NCBI GenBank assembly: GCA_030390025.1
Contig: CM059432.1
Location: 25,050,001 to 25,114,000, forward strand
From: Squalus acanthias
Taxonomy: Eukaryota
Direction of reading: 5' to 3'
DNA length: 64,000 nt
The position numbers and the translations under genes are program-made. The notes under the pieces were generated by a model. It was given only the letters and a program-made list of their open reading frames with translations. It was not told the origin of the DNA and did not search any database. Of the stretch, positions 49,435-62,649 are shown piece after piece. How positions within the stretch are numbered: the stretch's first letter is position 1; each line of letters starts with the position of its first letter.

Positions 49435-50870
49435 GACTGACACTCCAGTGCTGTACTGAGGGAGTGCTGCACTATCGGAGGTGCCATCTTTCGAATGAGA
49501 CGTTAAACCGAGGCCCTGTCTGCTCTCGCAGGTAGACGTAAAAGATCCCATGGCACTATTTTAGAAGAAGAGCAGGAGAGGTCTCCCCGGTGTCCTGGCC
49601 AACATTTATCCCTCAACCAACATCACTAAAACAGATTATCTGGTCATTACCTCATTGTTGTTTGTGGGACATTGCTGTGCGCAAATTAGCTGCCACATTT
49701 CCTGCATTACAACAGTGACTACGCTTCAGAAAGTACTGGTGCACGGTTGTTTTTCAGACCAGAGGGAAGTATACAGTGGTGTTCCCCAGGGGTCAATGTT
49801 GGGACCACTGCTCTTTTTGATATATATTAATGACCTGGACTTGGGTATATAGGGCATAATTTCAAAGTTTGTAGCTGATACGAAACTCGGAAATGTAGTA
49901 AACAATGAGGACGATAGCAGCAGACTTCAGGAGGATATAGACAGACTGGTGAAATGGGCAGACGCATGGCAGACAAACTAACGCAGAGAAGTGTGAAGTG
50001 ATACATTTTGGCAGGAAGAATGAGGAGAGGCAAAATGAACTAAATGCTACAATTTTAAAGGGGGTGCAAAACAGAGAAATCTGGAGGTATATGTGCACAA
50101 ATCTTTGAGCGTGGCAGGACAAGTTAAGAAGGCTGTTAAAAAAGCATATGGGATCCTTAACTTTATTAATAGAGGAATAGAGTACAAAAGCAAGGAAGTT
50201 ATGCAAAACCTTTATAACACACTGGTTAGGCCTCAGCTGGAGTATTGTGTTCATTTCTGGGCACCACACTTTAGGAAGAATGTCAAGGCCTTAGAGATGG
50301 TGCAGAGGAGATTTACTAGAATGGTACCAGGGATGAGGGACTTCAGTTATGTGGAAAGACTGGAGAAGCTGGGGTTGTTGTCCTTAGAGCAGTGAATGTT
50401 ATGTAGAGATTTGATAGAGGTGTTCAAAATCATGAACGGTTTTGATAGAGTAAATAAGGAGAAACTGTTTCCAGTGGCAGAAGGGTCGCTAACCAGAGGA
50501 CACAGAATTAAGGTGATTGGCAAAAGAACCAGAGGCGACATGAGGAAACATATTTTACGCAGCGAGTTGGTGTGATCTGGAATGCACTGTCTGAACGGGT
50601 GGTGAAAGCAGATTAGAAGTAACATTTCAAAGAGAAGTGGATAAGTACTTGAAGGGAAACAATTTTACAGGCTATCAGAAAAAAGCAGGAGAGTAGGATC
50701 AATTGGATAGCTCTACCAAAGAGCCAGCATAGGCATGATGGTTCAAATGGCCTCCTTCTGTGCTGTATCATTCTATAATTCTATGATTCTACTTCATTGG
50801 TTGTAAAGCACTTTGGGACATCCTGAGGTCATAAAAGGCGCGATATAAATGCAAGTCCTTCTTTCTTTAC
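49435..50870 (+). mobile_element. Deu-domain SINE (49435-49735, 50793-50870) split by a CR1
   Basis: CTGACACTCCAGTGCTGTACTGAGGGAGTGCTGCAC core; L2-like tail AAAGGCGCGATATAAATGCAAG. Confidence 0.82.
49736..50792 (+). mobile_element. 5'-truncated decayed CR1
   Basis: [24 protein letters not shown] 50093-50395; TTCTATGA tail. Confidence 0.9.
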
Positions 50871-51055
50871 GTCTTACTACAGTAAAGGCAAGTGTCTGCC
50901 ATTGATAGGAAGTGGGCATATTAGTATAGATGTGTTGTAGACAAATGTAAAATTTTGGTAGAGGGATAAATGTTGGCTAGGACACCGAGAGAACTCCCTT
51001 GCTCTTCTTGTTGAGCCTCCTCCATTGTATAAATATTTGTTCCAATAAATTCCTA

Positions 51056-51712
51056 GGCCCTGAAATTCTGTGGGGGCTCCACCAGCCTCCTGCCATAACT
51101 CGGAGACTGGTGGATCCCCCAGGGAAACAGTGGGGACCTAGTTGCGTTAGGTCTGCAACAATTCCATGAGTTTATTCCGTGAATTATAAGGTGCAGGACA
51201 TCCCTTACAAGACTAATAATGGGCAGGCGGTGGGGCCAGGGGCTGCGAATTCCTAAGCCGGGAATTCCCGCTCTTGACTCAGTTGGTACTTAGCACTTGT
51301 GTGGTGTCTGGTATGCCTAAGTGAATGGAGGTGTACTGGCCTCTCCAAAGGTGCATGTGGGCTCCACTATTGGGATTCATGCCATACAAGTGGCCTCGAA
51401 CCATAAATAACAGCCAGGACTATTCTGGAAAATTGTTCGGAGATCGGCTCGCTATGTAAGGGTGGTAATTGGACGATTGCTAGGATCAGGGGAGGAGGTC
51501 TGGGCAACCCTTGTCCGTGGGTGGAGCAATGCCAAAGTTTCCATGTGCATGCGATAGGCGAGTGCCAGAGAAATGCCCAAAGTGGCGCTTTGCCTACCTG
51601 CGCAATGCTAATGTGGTGTCCTCCCACTGACCCCACCACTTGCAGCGGGGTCAGCACTGGAGGATGGTGTTGGGCACGATCACACTATAACTGCCAAGAA
51701 ATTTTGGGGCCC
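51056..51712. mobile_element. Decayed Harbinger-type MITE
   Basis: Degenerate TIR GGCCCTGAAATT / AATTTTGGGGCC. Confidence 0.45.
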
Positions 51713-51760
51713 TGTCATATTTTCTATTTATACTCAAGGAATACGCAGAGGTGATGAAAG

Positions 51761-52100
51761 AGAATTAATTTGATGCTTGAGAAAAGGTCAGAATCTGGGA
51801 CAGAATTACTGCAGCTGGAGGTGATTCGATCCACCACCTGAAACTATATTGACTGAGCACGGAGGCCACTTTGATTCGCTAATTTAAGTCTCCTGTTAAT
51901 TGGTGGCAGAGTGGTTGAGAAGGCGATATTTGCTCTTGAGGTTTTCTGCAGCAAGTGGATGAAGGGAAAACAGATGTTGGAATTGAAATTGTCAGCATGT
52001 TCTGTCATGCCCATATAGGGAATGAAAACCGCTCAGCGAAAATCATTCATGGTAGCTCTTATCTTTCATCTGACCTTTTCTCAAGTATCAACTTAATTCT
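51761..52100. repeat. 32-bp inverted repeat around ~275 bp; probable old non-autonomous DNA transposon
   Basis: AGAATTAATTTGATGCTTGAGAAAAGGTCAGA vs TCTGACCTTTTCTCAAGTATCAACTTAATTCT (2 mismatches). Confidence 0.65.
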
Positions 52101-53065
52101 TATCTCGGGATGAACAATGCAGACTGTGGTGTAATATATTGTCTCTCTCCTTATTGCTGCCGTTGATGGCTAGTTCAAGAGGGAATGATAATGGGAAAAC
52201 CTATTAGTGGCATTTTTTTGTGTGATTATCTGGTAAGTTTATGGAGCTTAGAAATTCGTGTCAGTGTAAAGCATTATGCTGATGGTGACTCAGTGATAGT
52301 GGCTGCAGGGTGGTACAGTGCTCACTCACCCCACGCTTCCTGATCCTAATGATGTTACTGGAGGGCGCAAAGGAAGTACAAGTTCAAATATCTTCAAATC
52401 AGGCATTCTGGCAACCAGGGGACAGGTTGGATGGTTAAGCCCCAAATTGCTGCAGGAATACACGCTGTTGTGATGTATTCATCTCGGCCAGATGAAATAT
52501 GCGTTGAGGGAAGGGCTGGACAGATAAAACTGAAGTCTTCTTTTGAAGTGGCCCGTTTGAAATATTTTTCCCAATGTATGTTTCTGGTCACCACAGCGAT
52601 GGCACACTAGCAATGTACATAGTAGAGAAGGCCCAGCGAGAGCCTAAGGATACTGATGTTTACCAGGGAGGCATTGACATTGTGCCATCTCTTTCGGGAA
52701 GATCTGTTCACAATAAATAACACCTGAACAGCACTGTCAATGCCCATCAAAATCAGCATGGCTCTCAATATTTGTACTGGACTAGCACCGGGGAGGTCTG
52801 CAGTATCAGTTAGTTTGCTGCCTATAGATATATTAAGGAGATCACTATTGCATTTTTCCACAGGTTCAATGGTTTCAACTCTTTTACCAACTCTCCTTGA
52901 CATTCAATGATATTACCATCATGGACTACCTCACCATCAATATCCTGCGGTCACCAATGCCCAGAAACTTAAATGGACCAGTCACCAGCCATGGCTACAA
53001 GAGTAGGTCAGGTGCTGGGTATTTGGTGAAAGGTGGCTCAACGAGTGTGTTGGAATAATCTCCAT

Positions 53066-53490
53066 ACATACGAACATACACATTAGGAGCAGGAGTAGGC
53101 CACTCGGCCCCTCGAGCCTGCTCCACCATTCAATAAGACCTGATTTGATTACTCCACATTCCTGCCTACCCCTGATAACCTTTCACCCCCTTGCTTATCA
53201 AGAATCTATCTACCTTTGCCTTAAAAATATTCAAAGACTCTGCTTCCTCCGCACTCTGAGGAAGAGAGTTCCAAAGACTCACGAACCTCTGCGAGAAAAA
53301 AATTCTCCTCATCTCTGTCTTAAATGGGCGACCCCTTATTTTTAAACAGTGACCCCTAGTTCTAGATTCTCCCACAAGAGGAAACATCCTCTCCACATCC
53401 ACCCTGTCAAGACCCCTCAGGATCTTATATGTTTCAATCAAGTCACCTCTTACTCTTCTAAACTCCAGCGGATCCAAGCCTAGCCTGTCC
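53066..53490 (-). mobile_element. CR1 3' fragment inserted in a decayed LINE (~52900-53620, family of 23272-23875)
   Basis: ORF 53166-53492; the flank CCACTTGCCTGGATGGATGAAGCTGCAGCAACATTCAAGAAGCTC matches ~23370-23415. Confidence 0.85.
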
Positions 53491-54009
53491 AACCACTTGC
53501 CTGGATGGATGAAGCTGCAGCAACATTCAAGAAGCTCAACACCATCTATGACAAAGTGGTCGGCCCCTAATCCACCAGCCTAAACATCCACCCTCATCCA
53601 GCTCTGGCATACCGTGTTTTACAGAAGTTCTACAGTGAGGGAAATGCAAACTGAGCTCCAGGAAAAGGGAAGGCACGGCCGCTATCTGAACTGACCAACA
53701 ACAATTGCAGGAAAGTTGAATGGAGTAGTGGGAAGGGTATCAGCTGATATGACTGGAGGCTGGGAAATATCTAGATCTGAGAGTAGAGAGAGGAATTTAA
53801 AAAAAAACTGTTGGAGCTGAAACAGAAGATTCATGAAATAGTGAAAAGTTATTAGCAGGAAAAAAGGAAGGAGGTTTTGAAGTAGTGAGAGATAAAGTCA
53901 CTTGGTATTAAAAAAAGAAAAACAAAAACAGATCAACATTCCAAAAAATTGGAGTTAGGATTGAATGTTATGTGTGTAACACTCAGTTACCAGAGGCAAG
54001 ATGAGGTAA

Positions 54010-54252
54010 TTATTTTTTTTATGTAGGGAGTTGTTGTGATCTGGAATGCACTGCCTGAAAAGAAGCAGATTCAAATGTAACTTTCAAAAGAGAATTGGAT
54101 AAATACTTGAAGGGATATTTTTATTTACTTGGGCTATGGGGAAAGAACAGTAGAGTGGGACTAATTGGATAGTTCTACCAAAGAGCCGGCATGGGCATGA
54201 TGGGCCGAATGGCCTCCTTCTGTGCTGTATCATTCTATAATTCCATGATTCT
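54010..54252 (+). mobile_element. CR1 3' end fragment
   Basis: Same 3' UTR as 50540-50792. Confidence 0.8.
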
Positions 54253-54289
54253 CAGGCATCAATTCAAATAAATTAAATGAACACTCTAA

Positions 54290-56723
54290 GGGGGAGAAAT
54301 TGGGTGCCTTTGCGCTTCTCGTTAGCGCCCCCTGGGGGTGCTAACAGGACGCAAATGACTTTGCGACTGGGCGCAGCGCTGACATCGACTCCCGCCATAC
54401 TCGGCGGGCATTTTGCGGTGGCGCTGCGGCGTTGCGCCCCAATCTCCTTCGCCCAGAGATCGTGACATCATCGCCGTGTGCATCACCCCGGTAGCACCCC
54501 GGACCCGAAATTGACTTCCGCACCCTGCAGCAGTGCCGGGCGAAAACTCCGACAGCTGCAGGAGGCGTGCATTGGGCAGCCGGCCGCTTAGGGGGTGATG
54601 ATTAAAGGCGAGGTGGCCGAGGTAAGTAAAAAAAAAATTACCTTTCCTGTTCAGGTTTTTTTCGCGGGTCCTGCCCACAATCGATCAGCCCGGCACTCTG
54701 CTTGAGTGCCGGGCTGATTGCGCAGGATCGTGGCTGCCTTGGTGGGCCAGGTAGGTAATTTTTAAATTGCAGAGCCTGCAGCGATGACCCTTCCCTTTAA
54801 GGGAAGGAAGGAGCCTTTGAATGCGGCAGCGCAGCACGGCCCAGTGTAGGGGGTGGTGGTTTGTGTAAGCTTCACCTCTGACTTCTGAGCGGTTCGAATC
54901 GCTCCCACTCCCTTGGTTCTAGACCTTGGACTTATTTGGGGGTTGTGATAAAAGGTGCAGCAGACAACTGAGTTTGATGAAAGAACTTCAATCTTTATTA
55001 AAAAGGTAAAACACAAATAATAACACTCTTAACACTCTAAAGGTGGGGAACACTTCGGTACAAGCGAGGGAAATGACAGTAGAACAATACTTCACCCCTC
55101 CCAACGCCACTTTATTAGCTAAGTTAGGTTTTGAAGGACCAGGGATAATGCTCACCAATCCTTTGACAGTTGGGCTAAATCGCGGTTTTGGGGTTCGCTG
55201 TTTATGGTGGTTAGTGTCTGCCGTACCCCATACGCGGTAGAGGACTTCACCTGGGTCTCTGGTCAGTCTTTGCGAGTCCGCTGATGTGGTAGGATGTCGA
55301 TTTGGATTTATCTGGTGAGTACCCAATTTCTTTTGGTTAGCAATAGGGTTTAGAGTCTTTGGGAAAATCTTACCCAGGGGTAAGTCAAGAGTAGATTGTA
55401 GAGTGGAAACTTTGCGGTTTTTCGGGTTTTTCCTCCCTTGAGTTGGTCTTTGTTGGTCGCGGTGGCCTGTTATTACCCGGTCAGTTGGGGGTAATATGCG
55501 GTTGTTGGTTTCTTGAGGCCTTTGGTTTCCGCGACGGTTTTAGGCCTTGTCTAGTGTGTCGGTCGACCTCGTGGAGCCGTCGGTGACTTGTTGCTGCTTG
55601 TTGCTCCGGGTGACTGTGTTGGGACCGTTGTTGGAGGTCCATCGAGGTGGTATCTTCACAAGCTGGACTCAGGTGTGTCTGAGTGGTGAGCGATGCCGAT
55701 TCGCTTCCAGCTCGACTTGGGTCTGTGATGTTGCTCCTTGTCTCCACACTCGACTGTGTGTGTGATGCTGATGACCCGCTTGTCTCGACCTGCCTTCACT
55801 CTCGAACTGCTTAATGGGCCTTTAATTATACTAAATTGAAGTGGCCTTATCTGCCCGCCAAATCTGCTCAGTCCATTGTCTGGTTTTGGCGGGTTCGTTA
55901 ACGGTAACGACTTTACTAGCGTGTTAACTGGTTTTGAACAGGCCTTCAATCTCACCCATTGAACATGGCCTTATCTGCGCGCCAAATCTGCTCGGTTCTT
56001 TGTCTGATTTTGGCGGGCTAGTTACCAGTAACCGTTCTGTAAGTGTCAAATGGCTTTTGGAATGGCTTGCATCCTGTCGATCTCCTCAGTTGATCACTGG
56101 TGATTGATTTCGTGTTTAGTTTTCTAGGCTGGACTCGGTCTTTCTATAGAATGGGTCTGAGTTGGTTTTATTATGCATGTCTCTGATGGGCCCTGTAATC
56201 GGTTTTGATGGGGCCTGTATTTTGGGTGGGACTGTCTTCTCCCAGGGTCTATTGTGCAAATGTTAATGTCTGCTGGGGCTTGAGTGAGGTCATCCCGGTT
56301 CCCCAGACAGTGTAATTAACTGCAATAGCCAAACTGCTTTTACAGAGGTCTATCCCACCTCCTTGTCCCTTTACAGGCCCAGACATGTTTTTAAAATGCC
56401 AAAACTTGGTTTTTGGTCTTAAATTCCTTAGGTTAGGCCCAAATGCATTTTTATCACTCTGAGGTAGTTCCAAAGTCCTTTTTCCTTAGGTTTTGGGGAT
56501 CTGCAAATTTTGGAAACCTTACACCAGTGTGTAGCGCTGCTGAAGTCTCTGCCCCGATATTCGGGGTTAGTGCTCCAAGAAGGAAGTGGAGCACTTGATT
56601 TAGTCCCTCTTGGGATGCTAAAACTGAATTTTGCGGTCACCAGCGCTAATTACCGTCGGGTGCTAAAGTTTGCACCCAGGCGATGTTAGCGCCCCAAAAT
56701 GGTCGATACTGAATTTTTCCCCC
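54290..56723. mobile_element. Harbinger-type MITE (54290-54844 plus 56524-56723) interrupted by a solo LTR
   Basis: TIR GGGGGAGAAATT / AATTTTTCCCCC, flanks TAA/TAC, TTAGCGCC motifs. Confidence 0.85.
54845..56523 (-). mobile_element. Long solo LTR related to 13845-15632
   Basis: TGTA...TACA termini, TSD CCAG (54841-54844, 56524-56527), minus-strand TATAATT at ~55825-55831 and AATAAA at ~54994-54999. Confidence 0.88.
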
Positions 56724-57519
56724 TACGGGTTCACAGCTCCTGTCCTGTAAACCTGGTTTCCCACTCAGTAATATATAATTTTACAGCAATTCTGTTGAGG
56801 AAACAGCTCGCTTTGCCTTATCAGTGCTATTTCAGGTGCTTAACTGTCACGGAATTGAATTTTGCATCTGATTTATAGAATTAATGCTGCTCCCTTTCAA
56901 TTGGCTGTCTCTCTGTGTGGGAGACTAAACAATCACAGTACACCCACGAATGGTTCACCAACAGCAATTTTTATACTTAAAACTCAAGATAATCATTAAA
57001 GGGGATGATTATTCCAAGGCAATTAACCATTTTCTGCAGCAAAGATATTCAAGGAAGTGTCTTCACGATAATCTAAACATCAAGAGCAGAGCCCAGTGTA
57101 TTGATGGGATGTTGGGTGCATGGCCATGGTCCCTAACTCGGCGAGTTCCTCATCTTGGCTGGGTTGTTAGAGGGAATCACTGAATGGAGGGAGATGGAAA
57201 GACAAAGGCAAAGTAATCCAGGACTGATCTTGAATGTCAAGCAGACCATCTTTGAGCACTATCTCGGCCTCGAATAATGCCCAAAATGAGATCAAGGAAG
57301 AGAAATGAGAGAAAAATACTATGAAAGGTACTCACCCTCAACAAAAATATATTGTGATAGAACATTTTCTACTGGTTCAAAAGAAGTAACAAGGCAGACA
57401 ACTCTTTATAAACTTTCTCATCCAATTAAAAAAGAACAATAGCCGGAACTGAGCCAACAAGGTCCTGGTTTGAATCTGGGTCTATGCAGAGTTTGCAGGC
57501 TTAAGGCCATGGAGGTCAT

Positions 57520-57602
57520 CGACCTGAAATGTTAACTCTGTTTCTCTCTCCACAGATGCTGCCTGGCCTGCTGAGTGTTTCCAGCATTTTCTGTTGTTAT
57601 TT
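57520..57602 (+). mobile_element. Short PLE 3' terminus inside an old SINE-like repeat
   Basis: Inverted match to 58966-59050. Confidence 0.7.
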
Positions 57603-58965
57603 GAGGTGCTATAAGTGGTCTATGTGCCACTGGACTACAGAAGGGAAATGATTGGCCATGGTTTCCACTTCTGATCACTTGTCAAATGGCCCCCATTGAA
57701 AAGTATGGTAGTGTGGGCATTGGTTGAAGTCAGGATTGGAATCTGAGGCATTCCAGGAATGAATAGCCTGCCAACACTCACTATCTAGGTTCTTATATGA
57801 AGTTTAGCAACCTGGATGTGTCGGCATTCCTCATTAGGGGGCCTGCAAGGTAATTGTTGGCTGCCAGGCCTATGGAATCTTATCCCAACACAGAGTCAAC
57901 ATCTTCAGGAGAGGAGGAGGAGAGAAATATGGTGAGGAGCAATCATTTTTGTTTCACTCTCGGGGATTTTTTTTTGTAAATAAACTAATGGTATAGAATT
58001 TAAAACCCTTAGACGGCAGCCAATATATGATTTGTGCTCTTCCCTTCTACTTCAGTGTGGGTTGCATATTAAAATGTGAAACTGGGCCACTCCCGACAGA
58101 GTGTAATAACACAATTAGCAGAGGCAGCCCCAGCGTGGTCAAACCATAGGGGTGCTGCCATGCCATCTTGGAACTTATTAAATTGGCCCCAAAATCACAT
58201 TACCGACTTTGTAAAATGATACTGCAGCTTTTAATGAGAGTTTTAAAAAATCTGTTAACCTTAATTTAAATTTCTTTTTAAAGTTCTGACTAGATTCTAT
58301 TTTAAAACTTTTTTAAATTAAAGACGTACACAATAAAGTGTTTCATCCTTAAGGGAGATTTATCTCTTTATTTAATCTATTAAATACTTTCTAAGAGATT
58401 CGGGGGGATAATTTTGGCTTTGTCCGATCGTGTAATATGGGCGATAGTGCGTTAGCAGCCCATATTACATCTTTCCTGATTTTTATTTACATTCACCATT
58501 AAATTGATGACTTTGACCAGGGCAGTCTCAATGTAGTGCAGAACCTGGACTGAAGGGATTCAAACAGGAAGTTATGGGTGAGGTGCGAATGGAGCTGGGA
58601 GATGACAATGCACTCAAGGAGCTTAGAGAGGAAGGGAAAGTTAAAATGGAGTGGTGGAGGGGGAAGACAGAAGGCCGCGATGACAACAGTTTTGAAGGGA
58701 GGAGGAATGATGCCTGAGTAAAGGGAGCAGGCAGGAAGTATTGGAGGAAGGAAAGGGAGTTAACTAATCAGGCGTAAGCTGAGCAGAAGATCAAGGGAGC
58801 AGAGGAGGGTATCATGGAAGAGATGCGGGAGGAGTGTAGGGAGGGTAGAAGAGAAGATGGTGGAGAGGATATAAAGTGATACATGTCTGGGGTAGGTGGG
58901 TGTCAGGGATCGGAGGATAGTCTCAATCTTTGAGGCATCCGTGCAAAGCAACATAGTAAGCTCAA

Positions 58966-60912
58966 ATAAAAACAGAAAATGCTGGCAATACTCAGCAGGT
59001 CAGGCAGCATCTGTGGAGAGAGAAACAGAGTTAACATTTCAGGTCGATGACCCTTCGTCAAAACTGGAAAAAGTTGGAGATGGAACAGATTTTTAAGCAA
59101 GTGTAGGGGCAGGGAAAGGGGAGAGGGGAGGAAAGAACAAAAGGGAAGGTCTGTGATAGGATGGAAGGCAGGAGAAATTAAGAGACAAAAGGGATGATGG
59201 TGCAAGACAAAAGGAGATGGTAATGGGACAAGTTAAGAAACAAAAGATGACCCTAGATGAAGTGTAAATGGCAATGGCAGAATTATCGACATCTGCCATG
59301 TGAGAGAGAAAAAAAAAATGAAAAAAAAGATAGGGGCAGAGGTTATAGTCTGAAATTGTTGAACTCGATGTTGAGTCCAGAAGGCTGTAAAGTGCCTAAT
59401 CGAAAGATGAGGTGCGGTTCCTCGAGCTTATGTTGAGCTTCGTTGGAACAGTGTAAGAGGCCGAGGACAGACAGATCAGAATGGGAGTGGTGTGGAGAAT
59501 TAAAATGACAGGCGACCGGAAGCTCGGGGTCACCCTTATGGACTGAACGGAGGTGTTCCGCAAAGCGGTCACCCAATCTGCGTTTGGTCTCCCCAATGTA
59601 GAGAAGGCCGCATTATGAGCAGCGAATACAGTATACTAAATTGCAGGAAGTACAAGTAAATCGCTGTTTCACCTGGAAGGTGTGTTTGGGGCCCTGGACA
59701 GTGGGAAGGGTGGAGGTAAAAGGGCATGTGTTGCATCTCCTGCGCTTGCACGGGAAGGTGCCGGACGAAGGGGAAGGTGTGTTGGGGTGATAGAGGAGTG
59801 GCCAGGATGTCGTGGAGGGAGCGGTCCCTTCGGAATGCTGAAAGGGGAGGGGAGGGGAAGATGTGTTTGGTGGTGGGATCACGCTGGAGGAGGCGGAAAT
59901 GGCAGAGGATGATCCGTTGAATGTGAAGGCTGGTGGGGTGAAAGGTGAGGACAAGGGGAACCCTATCGTGGTTCCGGGAGGGAATGGAAGGGGTGAGAGC
60001 AGAAGTGCGGGAAATAGAACGGACATAGTCAAGGGCCGTGTCAACCACAGTAGAGGGGAATCCTCGGTTGAGGAAAAAGGAAGACATGTCGGAAGCACGA
60101 GTATCGAAGGTGGCATCGTCAGAGCAGATGCGGCGGAGATGGAGAAATTGAGAGAATGGAATAGAGTCCTTACAGGAAGCGGGGTGGGAGGAAGTGTAGT
60201 ACAGGTAGCTGTGGGAGTCAGTGGGCTTATAGTGAATGTTTGTCAATAGCCTATCCCCAGAGATGGAGACAGAGAATTCAAGGAAGGGAAGGGAAGAGTC
60301 GGAGATGGACCATGTGAAGGTGAGGGAAGGGTGGAAATTGGAAGCAAAGTTTATAAAATTTTCTAGTTCGGGGCGAGAGCAGGAAATGGCACTGATACAG
60401 TCATCAATGTACCGGAAAAAGAGGTGAGGGAGGGGACCTGAGTAGGACTGGAACAAAGAATGCTCCACAAATCCCACGAAAAGACAGGCATAGCTAGGAC
60501 CCATGTGGGTTCCCATAGCAACACCTTTAATTTGGAGGAAGTGAGTGGAGTCAAAGAAGAAGTTGTTCAATGTGAGAACAAGTTCAGCCAGGCGAAGGAG
60601 GGTGGTGGTGGAAGGGGACTGGTTGTGCCTCTGTTCAAGGAAGAAGTGGAGTGCCCTCAGGCCTTCCTGGTGGGGGATGGAGGTGTAGAGGGATTGGAAG
60701 TCCATAGTGAAAAGGAGACGGTTGGGACCAGGAAACTGGAAACTGTTAAAGTGGCGGAGGGCGTCGGAAGAGTCGCGGATGCAGGTGGGAAGAGACTGGA
60801 CAAGGGGAGAAAAAATAGTGTTGAGATAGGAAGAGATAAGTTCTGTGGGGCAAGAACAGGCTGAAACGATGGGTCTACCAGGGCAGCCCTGTTTGTGGAT
60901 CTTGGGAAGGAG
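58966..60912 (-). mobile_element. 5'-truncated Penelope-like element, second family (RT plus GIY-YIG, frameshifted)
   Basis: DFQSLYTSI, GVAMG, RYIDD, NLVYCIRC, RFAEH motifs; TSD ATA(G/A)TAAGCTCAA (58953-58965, 60913-60925); mutated hammerhead TTGACGA-AGGGTCATCGACCT-GAAA-TGTT at ~59028-59065. Confidence 0.92.
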
Positions 60913-61091
60913 ATAATAAGCTCAATTTGGCCTCACCCAATATCGACACTCATTGAGCAGGAACACCTCACTGGTGTGCTGAATCTAATTGTGGCATCCA
61001 TACTCCAGCTGAGTTCAGCTAATTAAGGAACAGAGGAAGCTGGGCCGTCTTTGTCTGCATGTGTCACAACACATCGCTTGATGCATTCACC

Positions 61092-61329
61092 TATTAGATT
61101 ATTAGGGCGTTCTTGTTGTTATAATTTAGTGGTCCAGCTAAACCACTCCATACATGCCCTGCACTTCTCTGACACCATTTCTTGCACGCTCTCCTTCCAC
61201 CCATTAGTGGCTGCTCTATCACGTTTATGGAGCGTAGACATGGGAGGATGGCCCGGAGTGCATTGGAACAGTGAAGTCTAGCGGTAACACCTAAATTATA
61301 CCAACTAGAACTCCCTAATAGTCTTAATA
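61092..61329. repeat. ~38-bp inverted repeat; old hairpin-type element
   Basis: TATTAGGGCGTTCTTGTTGTTATAATTTAG vs CTAAATTATACCAACTAGAACTCCCTAATA. Confidence 0.6.
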
Positions 61330-61389
61330 TGTGAATGCATCAAAGGATATTTTGTGACACATGCAGACAAAGACAGCTCAGCTTCCTGT

Positions 61390-61838
61390 GCTGCCCATGT
61401 CCTAACTCGCACTGTTCACCCATCACCCCTGTGCTCGCTGACCTACATTGGCTCCTGGTTAAGCAAAGCCTAGATTTTAATATTCTCATCTTTGTGTTCA
61501 AATCCCTCCATGGCCTCGCCCGTCCCTATCTCTGTAATTCCTACAACCCTCCGAGATATCTGCGCTCCTCGAATTCTGGTCTCTTGAGCAAGCCCTATTT
61601 TAATCGCTCCACCATTGGTGACCGTGCCTTCAGTTGCCTAGGCCCTACGTTCTGAAATTCCCTCCCTAAACCTCGCCGCCTTTCTACCTCTCTTTCCTCC
61701 TTTAAGATGCTCCTTAAAACCTACCTCTTTCATCTGCCCTAATATCTCCTTTTGTGGCTCGGTGTCAAATTTTGTTTGATAACTCACCTGTGAAGCATCT
61801 TGGGATGTTTTACTATGTTAAAGGCGCTATATAAATGG
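61390..61838 (+). mobile_element. L2 LINE 3' end
   Basis: PITPVLADLHWL...FKSLHGLARPYL...LRSS...RAFS; tail AAAGGCGCTATATAAAT. Confidence 0.88.
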
Positions 61839-62649
61839 ATTTGATCAAAAAAATGTGTTTTGCTATTGTTTTGGAGAAACTGGAAAATCATTACCTTAAA
61901 AGCCAATTGAAAGGCAGAAGCGGAATCGTTACCTGTCATTTTCATTTTATGAATAGACAAAATGGAATCATAGTTTAAATGGACTAAAACCTGATCTACA
62001 ATGGTCGATAATTTTCTGGGAGCTGCTTTTGATCTGCCACCATAGCTTCACCGAAAGTGCAGGTGAAAACCCCATTTACGTGCACTTCTGAGGAAATTAC
62101 TGGCCAATGATTTGGTCATTATTACACCACACTGTGGCTGAATTTGGTAGAACCACAGCATCAACTATTTTACATTATTTGAGCTGCAAGGTTGGTTCAG
62201 TTGGTTGCATTCTTGAGCAGACAGTTGAGACTGACATTTCACTGCACAGTTGAGGGAAGGTTCGAACTTGTTGGAGAGCCTGTCCATTAGATGAGGTGTT
62301 AAATTGATATTCTGCCTGTTCAGGTGGATGTTAAATATCCCACAGTTGAAGAAAAGCAAGTTGTTATTCTGGCGTTTTGGCCAACATTCCTTTCTCATCC
62401 AGAAAGACCAAAAAAAAAATCAAATAGAGTAGTCATTTATCTCATTACTGTTTGTGGTGAAGAATGCTACCATTTTTGGTTATATGTCAATAGTCACGGC
62501 ATTGTAAAAAGTAATTCAATGCTTTGAGATATTTCAATGTGATAAGAAAAGGAACGCTTTGCAATTATATAGCACATCTCCCATATGTCTCAAAGCACTT
62601 GACATGCAATTAATTTTAGACTACAATACAATTGCATATAATCAATGTT

